Positions 50,804-63,374 of a stretch of 64,000 nucleotides of DNA are shown here, one piece after another. Position 1 is the stretch's first letter. The number at the start of each line of letters is the position of its first letter. The position numbers and the translations under genes are program-made. Below the pieces are notes generated by a model. It saw only the letters and a program-made list of their open reading frames with translations. It had not been told where the DNA came from and did not search any database. Location of the stretch: contig NC_135894.1 in assembly GCF_964194155.1 (NCBI RefSeq), positions 5,952,001 to 6,016,000 on the forward strand, read 5' to 3'. The DNA is from Cetorhinus maximus (taxonomy: Eukaryota).

Positions 50804-51118
50804 AGGCGGTGAAACTGAGACTGGCGAATGGGGGCAGTCGGTGCGCAGGAAGATTGGAGATTCACTACAGGGGACAGTGGGGGACTGTGAATGGTAACAG
50901 TTGGGACCTGCAGGACGCCGCCGTTGTGTGTCGGGAGCTGGGCTGCGGGACCGCAGTCTCTGCACCGGGCGGGGCTCACTTTGGGGAAGGCTCCGGGCCC
51001 ATTGTGATGTATTATTTTGAGTGCAGCGGGAACGAGGCCGCCCTGCGAGACTGTAAATCAGCTGCCTGGGGTCACTATTCCTTGTCACACGACAATGATG
51101 CCAGCGCGATCTGCTCAG
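50804..51118 (+). CDS. SRCR domain exon 1 of a CD163/WC1/DMBT1-like scavenger receptor
   Basis: ttttacag| 315 nt |gtac; LRLANGGSRCAGRLEI..GQWGTV..WDLQDAAVVCRELGCG..AHFGEGSGPI..CSGNE..L.DC..DASAICS. Confidence 0.95.
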
Positions 51119-53599
51119 GTACAAATATTTCTTCTGCTTCTCATCGCCGCCGGGTCTGATTTTTTCCCCCTGGAATAAAGGTGGAGATGTTATTTTCGGA
51201 CAGCCGATTGCTGAAGAATGAGACTTAGGGCAGGATATTCCACTTGGAGTTAATGTTATATTCAATCAGATTCATTGTGTGTCATAACTTCATGTCAATA
51301 ATTGTGTTAATTTAAAAAAAAAAATAAGCTCACACCGGAATGGCAGGTTGCACCCCGCTTTATATCACTGCTGGCTTCTTGCTGTGAGGTGACCCGGACC
51401 ATCCGAGGATAGGGAAGAATGACCGGAAAATCCCGCACGCATTCTACCCTCTCCCTCGCCACTAGCCCGGATGGTTCGGGATGCTCTTGGGGGAATGAGT
51501 GAGAGCGATTGCAGAGTCCAGTTGTTCAGTTGCCCGGCTGTTAGATCATTGATTTATGTTCTCCGTCCCTGTATAAATTCCCTGGTGTAACGACCTTGGG
51601 GAGCACATCGGAGCGCGCACGTGTCTTTCATTCAGCTCCATTGCGGAGTCTCCCAGAGAGCAGGGGAATTCCCCAGATGAAGTTGAAACTTCCCGGGCTG
51701 TTCACACATAGTTCAAGGCGCCAATACTTCCGCAGGGGCCGCATGCTCATCTCTGCCATTCCTTAGGTTTCCGAGAGTCACTAGTACGGAATATTTGGGC
51801 TGATATTTTACAGGTTGTTAAACGGGAATTGGGGAGGAAGGTTTCTGTGCGTAGGGAGAGTCTAAGTCATGGGGCAGCACGGGTCTAATCTGCAAACAGA
51901 ATCCCGATGTTAACTGCACAGTCCATTCGTTTCAATATTTAATTTATATTGAGATCGGAAGAAGTGCTGCATTTCAAACAAATATGTTAAGTGCAGTGCA
52001 CGGCACAATTGCAGTCAATAATCTTAACAGCGTTATAGTACTGGAAGAAAGGGGAAAGTTCACCATCACCGCACCCAAGAAATCCGACCACATGGACCTA
52101 ACCTGGCCATCCTCAGAACAGATTCATTAGCAATTTAACACTTTGTAGGATTTTGTTGCAAAGGGCAGCAATTATAAAACTGAATCAGTCTTTTAAAACT
52201 AAACTCAATGGAGATTAAACGGAAACTGCATTTTCTAAGTTACTGATCGATGTCGAACTTTTTTCAACTGCTTCAGTCATGTCTTTCTTAACGTTATATG
52301 TTCTGAAGACGAGTTGTTTGGGCATGACTGCTCAGTGCTCGGCTCCATTCGCAATTCTTCAAATTAGGAAGCAGCCCAGGAGCACACAGAGCAAATCCTG
52401 CACAACATCCATGCCTCAAATGATAAAAGACAAGTAATAAGTGCACCACACGTGTGTCTGCAAACGGCTAACGACAGCAAAGAATGAGAGATTCCACTTA
52501 ACATTCAGTTGCTTTACAATGTAACAGTCCATGACCATCTTAAACTTCGGGAACACCGTTGACTGAACTTTCATTTGCAATACCCAATGAAATGCTGTGG
52601 CATCTTCAGCAGGCCAGAGGCTGAATGTTCTGTGAGTTTCGGTCTTCAACTGTCTCACCAGAGTTTCTTATTTCCCGAATCATTGCTCATTGTGGAATCT
52701 GCACTTGACCTGTATAGGCACTGCTGAGGCACTGTTCAGGAGACTTCCCATCCTCAGACGAAGTTGTCTCTTTGACTGGATGTTTAATCACCGCCATCAA
52801 CCACGATTCTCTTCCTCAGTGGGGTAATAAGAATGATTCCTTAATTATGTGCAGGGGGAACGGCAGCCCCTCTAAAAACATTCTCTTCTCCATCTCTCAA
52901 AGAAACGGCCTTCTTCTCGCTGGTTCAAATTCCATGAACTCCCAATCTAACAGCAATGAAGTAGCCCGTTCACCACACACAAGGCAGCTTCTTTTATGAA
53001 ACACAAAATAATCTTCTCAAGCAAAATTGGAAGGACACTTAATACAGGTCGTGTTAGCGAAGTTCACATCTGTAAATCTGTTGGAAACATTACACAGAAT
53101 CACACATTTTCGACGATAAAGCTACTTACTCCATAGGACAACCGGTCAATCTCAGGGTTAATGATCTAATCGAGCCTCCCCCGCTCCCCAACAAATTTAG
53201 CCTCCCGCCAAATCAACACCACGTTTTCTATCTCCATCAATATAACGTGAGGTTCCATTCTCCCCCATCTGTTCATCAGTCATAAATAAATCCATGTCAA
53301 TCACCTCATCTTCTGTGGCCAGGAGTTCCGCATTCTAACAACAGTCTGGTAAAAAAAAACATTTCTTCTGAATGCATTTGCAAATTTTAGTAGTTTTTTA
53401 TGTTTGCAAGTTTGGCCATAGACCACAGTTAACGATCATCTATCCTGTCAATTCGTTCAATCGTCATAAAGATCTTTATCATTTCAGTGCTCGGGCTACC
53501 TTCCCTAGTGAAAACAAATGTACCCAAGCCATTAACTTCCTTTCCCCCGACCTTCCTCGTAGAACTGTCAAAATCCAATTAAATAACTTTCAATTTTCT

Positions 53600-53710
53600 C
53601 GCATCTCTTGGAATTTGACTGCCCCGTTGCGACGGTGCCGTGGGTGTAAATGGCGGTGAGCTATTCAAATGTCCATTGACTTCGGCGGGACTGTAATATG
53701 CCGGGAGCGC
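53600..53710. mobile_element. GC-rich MITE-like interspersed repeat (similar islands at ~9260-9360, ~41760-41830, ~50250-50710, ~51330-51810)
   Basis: CpG-rich island in an AT-rich intron, resembling short shark non-autonomous DNA elements; TIRs are not cleanly defined. Confidence 0.35.
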
Positions 53711-56224
53711 AAGAGTGGGCTGACCGAAATATAATGAAACTATCAAGATTTTTAATGTCTTCCCTCCAAAAATGAAGGCCGAGACTGAGATCCATCCGAT
53801 GGCGCATCTAACTAATTTGCACTTTCATTTTCCAATGAATACTTGAGCTCTGAATTTATTCTAACAAAAGTACTGCATTGTCCTTAACTATTATAACATT
53901 CATTTGCAAATTAAGTGCACATTTTGTGAATTTATTGCATTTACTGTTTATTCTGTCTCTGTAAGTACCTCCTCACATATTTCCTGATTTTCAACTGAGC
54001 TTCGAATTTGACTTCACAGACTAATTTTGAACTGTTTCCTGTGGATAATCTGTTTCTGTAAACGGTATACAATATTGTTCCTGACATCCGTCCTGCTGGA
54101 ACACAATGTACTACCTTTGTGCTGGTCTGAATATCTACCCTCAATCCCTAATCATTGATTTCTGTTTGCTATGCAGTTTGGAATTAATTCTGCTCGCTGT
54201 CCGCTAGCTCCACATCGTCTCTCACGGAATGAGGTTGTTTTTTTCTCTCTATTGCACGACAGTACAGAAAGTCTACTGTTAAATGTAAAGGAAACGATGT
54301 AACTATTAAAAAAAAACAGAAGATGCCAAAACCAATGATTTGATTAAGAGGTTCCTGTGGAGAGACAATGTTCACGTTTCACACCAGTAGCTTCTGGCAC
54401 TAAAACTGTGGAAGCGATATTCAGAGACGACATTCGTTAATGGTCAAACGATCCATAAACAACGTTGGTAACCATTATAGAAGGCAGCGATCTGATAATC
54501 TGTTATCCAAACGTTTGAATGCATCCGGCAGTGCAGTTGCTGTCCTGGATCAAATGACCCTTAATTATTGAGGGTCATTTTTGTTTTTATCTCTTCTCCC
54601 CTACATTGTACGATGTAATTTAGGCTACGTGATGGAAGGTTACTGGACATTAATTTCCAAGGCCCGTGAAGACTATTCGGTTGCAATGAGTTTGCTTCTT
54701 CATCACCTCTCACTGTCCTGATTAAACTAGATGTGAGGGACGAGTGACGATGAGAGAGAATATTGTTGGACTATCACTGTCTCCCCATTTATTTGCTCGT
54801 CGATCATAGCCTTAAGAGGCTCCCTAAAGCTTCGGGAATCAAAAGGCGATGTAAGGGAACAAGAACCAATCGACATAAGCTGTCCTTTCAAGTTTGCACT
54901 TGAAAGACGAGGAACATTCTGGGGAGCTCTAAATGCACTCCTTACATGATCAGCGTATTCAAACCAAGGCTTGGTTCACAGAACTGTACATGGTTATCCG
55001 GTGATTGGTTCCTTTTGATTCTAGCTGTCAATATGTTAAAAATGCTAAAATAGCACGAGCCATTTATTTCCCCTTGTATGTGACCGTTACATTTTACTGA
55101 CAGATTCAAAAGGGCTCTTAACATTGCTTTGCGCTTCCAGTGTTCGGAACTTTTCACTAGGAAGGCAGTGTGGAATCAAACAGTTAATGTTTGAGGTTAT
55201 TTCGTGTCTGTGTTCGTCAATGTGCTCCATTGACGAAATGACAAACGCCAGCAGATCAAATGGGAGACTCTAAACACTCGAGGACAAGTCAGGGTTCCTG
55301 GATTTATCCGACTAATTTTCTGGCCTTTCACAGTATGTGCAATAGGTGCCAGGGAAGAGTTACGCCCTGAAAGTATTATGAACAGAACGCTGCTGTCGCT
55401 TCCATATAAGTAGATGTTGTGAAGAGTGGGTCTTATAATTTCAAGAGAAGGGATTGAAACGTGAGGGGCCAGAGGTAGTAAAAGTAGATAAATTGGGACT
55501 TTGAGAATAGCTTTGTAATAAAATTATTAAATACAACCCGATAGAAAATACAGAATGGAAGGGAAAGGGATTTTTTTTGGTGATCAGATGTTTTCCCGCA
55601 GGGATAGATGGGGGTGAGGAGGGGAGGTGCCTGAATGCAACTTGATGTAGTTTATATTTGCAAATTAGTGCCAATGTAATACCAGCTGTGAAAAGTCGAA
55701 TTCTGGGAGGTCTTCATTAATGAGATCTATCGACTGCACCTCGAAGGTGTGCACGTGTGTTGGGGTGAAAGATGGTATGGTTGGAGGGAAAGGGTAGCAT
55801 TATCTTTTTGTCATTCAGTGTAGACAGAATTTCAGTGTTCTTCATAGGCTGCATTTCGGTCTATAGTTTCAGGGCGGGAATCGGGATAAGAGCGATATGG
55901 GATTGAAGAAAGTTGGCTGCGGGTAGAGTAGACATTGTTTGACGTCAAAGTGCACATCTCTTTCAGTATATGCTTAGCCAAGTTCCCTCTGTAGATATAG
56001 TGCGTGTTTGTAACACGGTACTGAGGTAGCAATAAATCTAAGTATATTAAAGGTTGCATATGGCCATTTTGCAAGCAATAACTTCTGGAGCAATGTAGGG
56101 TTTAGCTTAATCGCGATTATGCCAGAATGAAAATTTTATCAGGAGTCATCATGACAGGTTTTGCTTAAACAGATATTCACAAAATTGAAAATGATTGCGA
56201 CTATCATGAATTGTTCTTCCTCAG

Positions 56225-56538
56225 ATCACAGTTTCCCAGACTCGTTTCCGGGGATTCCCAATGCTCGGGCAGACTGGAAATACAGTTCGGCAAAACCTGG
56301 GGAACAGTGTGTGATCTTCACTGGGATTGGAATGACGCCAGTGTGGTTTGTGATCATCTTCAGTGTGGAGTCGCTGTGTCTGTGGCAAAAGGGGCTTATT
56401 TTGTAAAGGGCACTGGACTTCAACGGAGCGATAAATTTGAATGTAAAGGCAATGAGAGAAGTCTGACAGACTGTCCAAACTCTCCAGTAAATGAAAACGA
56501 CTGCATCCACATGAACGATGTCAGCGTGAGCTGTTCCG
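56225..56538 (+). CDS. SRCR domain exon 2 (314 nt; 1-nt frameshift near the 5' end)
   Basis: ttcctcag|ATCACAGTTTCCCAGACTC...TGTTCCG|gtgagt; PRLVSGDSQCSGRLEIQFGKTWGTVCD..WNDASVVCDHLQCG, all 8 Cys present. Confidence 0.92.
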
Positions 56539-56789
56539 GTGAGTAAAACGAATCCGAATGACAAAATAAGTTTTCTGGTGAAATTTTCAGAAACTGAGAA
56601 AAAGCCATTGATATTTCCTTCTTTCATGATCATTCCCAAGCACTTCTTTATAGTTCACTGTCCCTTTTTTACGATTCTGAAATAACACAATTATGTGTAA
56701 GTCAGTAACTTCTACGTTATCTAAAAATAGCACGTTATTATTGCTAAATTAATGCTTGCACCATGCATAGGTTCTTCATTCACATTTGC

Positions 56790-57560
56790 CAGAACACCCA
56801 TTATCGAAAGAACTCTCAAGTCGTGTTCTGTTTGCCAAACCTGAGGCAGACTTCATTAATTACAAACGTAGGCGAATCATTAATTAACGGTGGTTGCGTT
56901 ATTTTAGAGAGGCGTTTCAATGAATTGACCCAAATGAGGTAAATAATTAGGAGAACATTTCCTTTCTGGTTTCTCGCTCAAAATAGTGGGATTATCTCAG
57001 TAGGAGCATTGCAAGTCTACGTTCAATCTGCCCACGTCAGCAGTTCAAGAGAATGGATTTCAATCGTTTTTGCAGGGGAGTGTAGGAACCAGTAATAAAT
57101 GCAAACCTTGTCAAATATATTCCTATCCCCGTCAACAACAAATTCATCCTTTGAGTGGCCTTGTTCTGGGTTACTGCACCCGTCACTCTTTATCAAATCT
57201 TTGAAATCAATATAAGATTTTTAACATAGTTTTATCAGCCCTAATTCTTCCAGATTAAATAGCTTCAAGTCATCTTTGTTCAAACTGGGATCATAATACA
57301 ATGCTTAATTACATTATACATCTTTCATATCTACGTTTTATCCACTCCAAGACGAATATTTTCTTCCGGAGTGCCCTGTCCAAATCTGACATATGTTATA
57401 CAGGTTGGTTCTGGCCAATACTGGGTATGACTGAAACGTCACGTCCTGTCTTTGGAATTTCAAAGCTGATGTGACAAAGTCCAAAATTCCATTAGCTTTT
57501 TGTTGGATGAACTCTCTACTTTGAGCAAATAGACGCGTTCGTTTAAAGGCTTTCGCAGTC
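56790..57560 (-). mobile_element. Old CR1 3' fragment (intronic)
   Basis: IQQKANGILDFVTSALKFQRQDVTFQSYPVLARTNL, a CR1 RT tail. Confidence 0.75.
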
Positions 57561-57707
57561 TGGTGAGTTTCAAACAATAAGATGTGTAAACAGTGCAGTG
57601 CAACACAAACTTATCCAATTTCATCTTTTCCTTTGTTATCTTTCGCCATGTCTATATTCAAATGTGGATTTACAAAATGTTTTCGTCCTTATTTTTATTA
57701 AAAACAG

Positions 57708-58022
57708 GGAAGCATGGACCCCAATTGGTTGGTGGTGAGAACAGGTGCTCCGGCCGGGTGGAAGTGCTGCACGGAGGGCAGTGGGGGACGCTGTGTGATT
57801 TTCACTTTGGTTTACAAGACGCCAGTGTGGTGTGTGAGCACCTTCAGTGCGGGGCTGTAAAGGCAATCCCGAGGGTTTCTTACTTTGGGCAGGGAACTGG
57901 CCCCGTGTGGAAGGAAAATTACAGGTGCCGCGGGAATGAATCCCGATTGACAGATTGTCCGGTTACATCCGGGGAAAGTTTTAACTGCTCACATGGAAAT
58001 GACGCGAGTGTCATCTGTTCAG
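57708..58022 (+). CDS. SRCR domain exon 3
   Basis: aaacag| 315 nt |gtga; PQLVGGENRCSGRVEVLHGGQWGTLCD..DASVVCEHLQCG..CRGNESRLTDC..CSHGNDASVICS, 8 Cys. Confidence 0.95.
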
Positions 58023-58224
58023 GTGATCCTCTCAGTCGATGTAATCATGGATTAAAATAATCTCCCTGCAGAACTGAAAGAGGCCTTTCAGCATGTTCTG
58101 TCCGTGCAGGTTCTCTGCAAAAGTAACTCACCCACTCACACACCCATGCAATTTTCAATAATCCGGTATTATTTTCCATGCAATTATCTGACCACATATA
58201 TCTTAAAATCTCCGATTGATATTC

Positions 58225-59040
58225 ATCCACCAGATCTTCAGCCAGTGCATTTCAGATCCTCGCCGCCACATCCTCAGACGGTGCTTTTCATATCTTCAAG
58301 CACCATATTTTCCGACAATGAATTGCAGATCCTCATCATCATCATTTTCAGAGAGTGCATTTCAGGTCCTCATCCTTCGCTTTCTCAGGCAGTGCATTGC
58401 AGACCCTCATCATCCACATTCTCGAACAGTACATTGCAGAACATCAAACACCCACATTCTTAGACAGTGCATTGCAGATCTCCATTCCCCCACATTCTCA
58501 GGCAGTGCATTGCAGATCTAAATCCACCACATTCTCAAGCAATGCATTGCAGATCCACATCCCCCACAATCTCTGGCAGTGAATTGCAGATCCACATAGG
58601 CCACAATCTCAGACCGTGCGTTTCATATCCTTACCCCCCACAATCTCGGAAAGTGAATTTCAAATCCTAATCCACCACTTTGTCAGATAGCGTGAAGCAG
58701 ATCCTCACGTACCACATTCTCAGCCAATGCTTTGTAGACCATCATCCACCAAATTCTCAGACAGTGCATTGCAGATCCTCAGCCACTACAATCTCGGGCA
58801 GTGTATTGCAGATTGTCATCCACCACATTCTCGTATATTGCATCCCGGGTCCTCATCACCCACATTCTCAGTCAATGCATTGCAGATCCTCATCCATCAC
58901 AATCTAAGACAGTGCATTGCAGATCGTAATCCAGCATTTTCTCAGACATTCCATTGCATTTCCTCATTCACTACAATTTCAGTCAGTGCATTGCAGATCC
59001 TCATCCTCCACATTCAGAGGCAGTGCATTGCAGGACCTGA
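58225..59040 (+). repeat. 37-bp minisatellite, ~22 diverged units
   Basis: Consensus CAGTGCATTGCAGATCCTCATCCACCACATTCTCAGR; period 37 (e.g. 58390, 58427). Confidence 0.95.
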
Positions 59041-59599
59041 TTAATCGCACCATGCAAAATTAACATCCTTACGTCACCATTTCCAATTTGTCCATCACCA
59101 TAAATCTGTACTGACCATTCATGACCCTTCCGCCAATGGCAATATTTTTTCTGTGTCATATTGTCCAGATCCCGGAGGTTTTGAGCATTCCCGCTCCAAG
59201 TTGAATATTCGTAGCTCCCTAAAACTATGTAGAAAAAGTAAGTTTATCATCACCATAATGATCTTATGAAGCATTTCTGCATCTTTTCTAATGCCTTCAG
59301 ACCCTCCCTAAAGTTTGTAGCCCAAAAATGGAAGGATTACTCCAGATGAGGCCGACATGAATCATCACATCTTCCCTGCCGTGTACTCAGTGCCTTAGTT
59401 ATACACCAAAGAACTCAAAACTTTAGTAGCCTTTTCGCAACCTGCGCTGTCAAGTACAATTGTTTGTAGAAATGCACCCGAGATTCATCAGCTGCTGAAA
59501 CTCATTTTGAAATGATCCCGTTCTTTATTATTCCTTCTACTCGTCCTTCGTCTGCCAGCCTTATTTCACTTAAAAACACTCTCACTTCTAAAGCACAAG

Positions 59600-59990
59600 G
59601 CCAGGTACAAGAATGACTCAAGTTATTTACCAGAGCAGTCAAGTCTGTGAATGAAGTGCAGTGCTGTGGGAATGCTGCCCTCTATAATACTTCGTGTTCC
59701 AGGTAAGAGGGGTAATCGATGCCATATCTGCATCAGTGGACGTTAATAAAAATGTGAACCATGGCTCTACTTTGAGGGAAACGAGAGAGTCTTCCCCGTT
59801 GTCCTTTCCAAAGTTATCCCTTGATCAACATCAAACAATGTAGCTCATCTGGTCATTATCACATGACTGTTTGTGCGATTTTACTGCGCCCATTATGGCT
59901 GCGGCGTTCCTTAAATTGCAACAGTGACGACATTACACAATGCAAATAAATGCCTGTAACTTGCGTTGAGACATCCGGTAGTTTTGAAAA
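59600..59990 (+). mobile_element. Deu-domain SINE (SacSINE1/AmnSINE1-like)
   Basis: ctggtcattatcacatgactgtttgtg...atggctgcggcgttcctt..attgcaacagtgac, the Deu core. Confidence 0.75.
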
Positions 59991-61978
59991 AAACACTTAT
60001 CAACTTTAAATATACATTTATTTACTTCCGACAAAAGTGAGCCAACCAATGCTTCCCTCAGCTAAATTTCATCTGGAACTTTCCGGCCCGTTCTAACAGC
60101 TTGTTTGTGTTCGATTGAATTTTATCCTTTCAACATTTTACAACACTTAAAAATTCCGTGAAAAAAAAACATTAAATTGTTCCTCTTACAACCAATAATA
60201 TATATTACTGGAATAATTTATATATTAGTGGAAAATTAGGGTTGCTATCCGTGTGGAATGTTCTTTTCCTCTGGCCTGGAAAAGAAGAAATCTTGAACAC
60301 GACATCCTGTTCCCTTTCAAAGAGCAATTCCATCTCCAAGCAGCCATTTTAGCCTTTTATTCCACAGGCGCTAACATTTCTGCCAAGCATCATTCGTGGC
60401 CCTTTTCCAAAGGTCATTTGAAAGTCCATAAAAACCACATCCTCCCCATGACCCTCATTAACACTCTCTGTAACCTCATTTATTTACTCTAGCAAGTCCG
60501 TGCAATGCGATGTCTCTTACCAAATCCGCCCTAGTTTGTTAATGAATCCACATGTTTTCAAGCATAACTTGCTGTTACTTCTGCTCCAAGGGATATTTTC
60601 CAAGGAAAAAAAGCTTTCCCAAAGACAATATTAAACTTACTGGTCTGAATTTACTGCATTTATCCTTACACCCTTTCTTGAACAAGGGTATAATATTTGG
60701 AAACATCAGTTATCGGCATTGAAGAAGGATGGGAACATTATGACCATTATCTGGCGATTTCAGTTCAGGTCATGCACCTTGAATACATCTCATCCAATCC
60801 ATGTGTCGTGTCAAATTCAACATCAGTTGCCCAAGCCAATTTGTCATCTTTATAAATATCTAGCCATTCCATTTTTTTTTCTTCTGCCTGTTCTTTGTCC
60901 ACCATTGAGCAGCGTTTTCTTCCTTGGCAAAAACATACTCAAAATGCTCACTCAGCAGCTGAGCCAAAACATCAGCCTTTATATACCGATGTCCTTCCTG
61001 GTGTCGGTTTTGTGCCTATATAAGACGGTAAGATCACGTTTTATGTTAGTGGGACTCTCTTATACGGTCTGGATATTGTACATTAATCTTGGATCTCACT
61101 TGCATTATCCAAATTCAATATCCCATGCATATATTTTGTTCTGTTTCACCTTAATCCCCACCTCTTTAATCAGCCAGGGAGCCTTGGAGTTTTTGCATCG
61201 TCCTGCATGTGTCTAAGCCAATTTTCCATTTTTGCACCTGCAAAAGAGCCTGCACGTCACGGAAATCATTTATTACAATGTATGTTCACACACCTGAATG
61301 GTAAATATAATTGAGGCCCTTATACAACCCCTATTGCTCTTATCCTGAATAACACCACATTATTTCCTCCGTTATTGCAATCTTTCTTTTCTAGTTTTCT
61401 GTGCAGTTTGGTTTTTCTCTCTAACATTATCTGCCCGTTCCCATATCCCAGCCAAATTAGTTCTGAACTGTCCAACAAACAAACCAGACGGACATTGCCC
61501 TCGGACTTTTTCATCTGAAACACATGAAAACATCCATTGGTCCTTTCTTCACAGAACTGAGTTTATGAGTCCATGAGAACAGATCACAAAGTCACATGAG
61601 CTTGATTAGCGCTCTCATGCACCGGTTATCCGGCGACGTTCATCAGTTCTATCGCTCGTGCGTTGTGCTGGGATATTTTAATATTATCAGGATATTATTC
61701 CGTCGATGGCAATTTACTAGATTCTTTGCAATATCCTTAAAAATCATCTGCAGGACTACACCCCTCTTCCTACCTCTGAAATTGCTCCACTAACGGAGCA
61801 CGAATGCCACTGCTCACCCTCCCGCATCAGAGGGCTCAGCAGGGTCCCAGTGATCTGCCTCACCTTGGCACCACGGTCACAACATTTACTTGAATAATTA
61901 TTGCCCCGGTTATGTTGAATCAAATGTGCATTTTTTTTTGAACGTTAACCCTTGCTCTCAACGGCTTTCTTCTTGTAG

Positions 61979-62293
61979 ATGAAAGTTTGTCACTGAAATT
62001 GACAAATGGGGGAAGCCGCTGTGATGGTCAGGTGGAAATTTACCATATCGGTCGCTGGGGCAGAGTACAGGACAGCCTCTGGGAAATAAATGATGCTAAC
62101 GTGGTCTGCAGGCAACTTGGATCTGGTGTCGCAATTGCCGCTTATATCTTTTCAAATTATGGAGAGAGTGAAGTGCGTGTGTGGGTGAATGATGTCCAGT
62201 GTGGAGGAAACGAATTGCATCTCCGCAACTGCAGCTCATTTGCAATGAATTCTTCGCTCAATGAGAGTGTCGGCGTCGGAGTTCTGTGTTCAG
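61979..62293 (+). CDS. SRCR domain exon 4
   Basis: ttcttgtag| 315 nt |gtgaat; LKLTNGGSRCDGQVEIY..GRWGRVQD.LWEINDANVVCRQLGSG..VWVNDVQCGGNE..LRNC..VGVLCS. Confidence 0.93.
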
Positions 62294-63197
62294 GTGAATA
62301 AATAGTTCAATTTTACAGGATCATACATAGAAATATCTAGTAAGGAGTGTGGTGTGAATATACGTCACTTGTTCCTCGAGTTCTTTTAACCTAACTGCTT
62401 AACACTGGAGGGCTAACGTGGAGAGAGTGGGCACGGACAGAACTGATCAACAAACAACACTTGCATGTTAGCTGTGCATTTATTAACGACAGAATTCTCA
62501 ATTATCTCTCAGATAGGAAATTCTGTCTGCACGGTTGGGAGAGTGTGTTGTTAGCGCGGGTCGGGGGGTGTTGTGAGGCGGAGGTGAGGTGGTGTCGGGA
62601 GGAGCCTTACAGCTTGGTGCGAAATTGTGTTAATTTAACAACGTTTTCATAGAATTGCAGTTCACATACTGGTCAGGGCAAGAGGCCGCTCATGGGATTT
62701 CTGGATTATTCCATCCTTGAAAAACCCAGGTACTTACAGGCCTTTCAGCAGCAGAAGGCTGAGCTTCTGTGAAATGTCTTTCTTAAAAGTCAACTTGGTT
62801 TCTTTTTCCACTGATGCTGCCAGACCTCCTGAGGAGTTACAGCATTTTTTTCAATATAATCAATATAAAATAGCGAGATATTCAGAAATCGAGTGAAATA
62901 AGGGTTCAAGATGAACAACAGATCATTTTCTAAATTAAAGTTCTATCTTTTTTTGCATAATAACCCATAGGTCCCGAATTGTCGTCGGCTGCTTCTCCAT
63001 TCACACCCGCAGGTTGGTCTTATGAATAAGTAGTACTCATGTCAAGGCTAATGTCCAGAATGATCTGATATGATTGACATTTGCTTGTTTTTATAAAAAA
63101 ATTCTGAAGTTAATCTTAGTGTTTAAGAATGTTGGAGTATTTAACAATACATAGCATCCTGTGTCCCAGTTGAATCTTTCTTTAACATTTCATTAAG

Positions 63198-63314
63198 AAC
63201 ATGAAGACAATATCACTTCCATCCCTCTTGTGATCGGTATAACAATCGGGATCCTGTTGATCTGTGAGTTCATCGCACTAATTGTGGTAATGCGGAGACA
63301 ATCATCAAGGAAAG
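63198..63314 (+). CDS. Transmembrane exon of the SRCR gene (cytoplasmic exons presumably lie beyond the window)
   Basis: tttcattaag| 117 nt |gtgagg, phase 1-1; EHEDNITSIPLVIGITIGILLICEFIALIVVMRRQSSRK is a hydrophobic span plus a basic stop-transfer segment. Confidence 0.9.
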
Positions 63315-63374
63315 GTGAGGTCAAATATTACCACTGACTTCACATTAAATCTCGTATATTTTTATTTTTTATTT

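Larger units (their letters stand above)
58060..60720 (-). mobile_element. Old CR1 LINE hosting a minisatellite and a SINE
   Basis: CR1 3' UTR at 58060-58230 continues after the array (gacccttccgccaatgg, ccctaaag..cccaaaa.tgg...tactccag) and into the RT region (ttttccaaaggtcatttgaaagtccat, tactggtctg). Confidence 0.75.

Noticed and set aside
50788-51265. Antisense ORFs over SRCR exons (also 56221-56639 and 57636-57866)
   Set aside because: Shadow frames of real coding exons.
58225-59040. CRISPR-like array or repetitive His/Cys-rich protein
   Set aside because: Units are head-to-tail with no unique spacers, the period of 37 is not a multiple of 3, and the unit is CR1-derived in a eukaryotic intron.
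60719-61216. 165-aa hydrophobic ORF
   Set aside because: T-rich antisense reading of decayed intronic LINE-like sequence; no ATG start and no domain.
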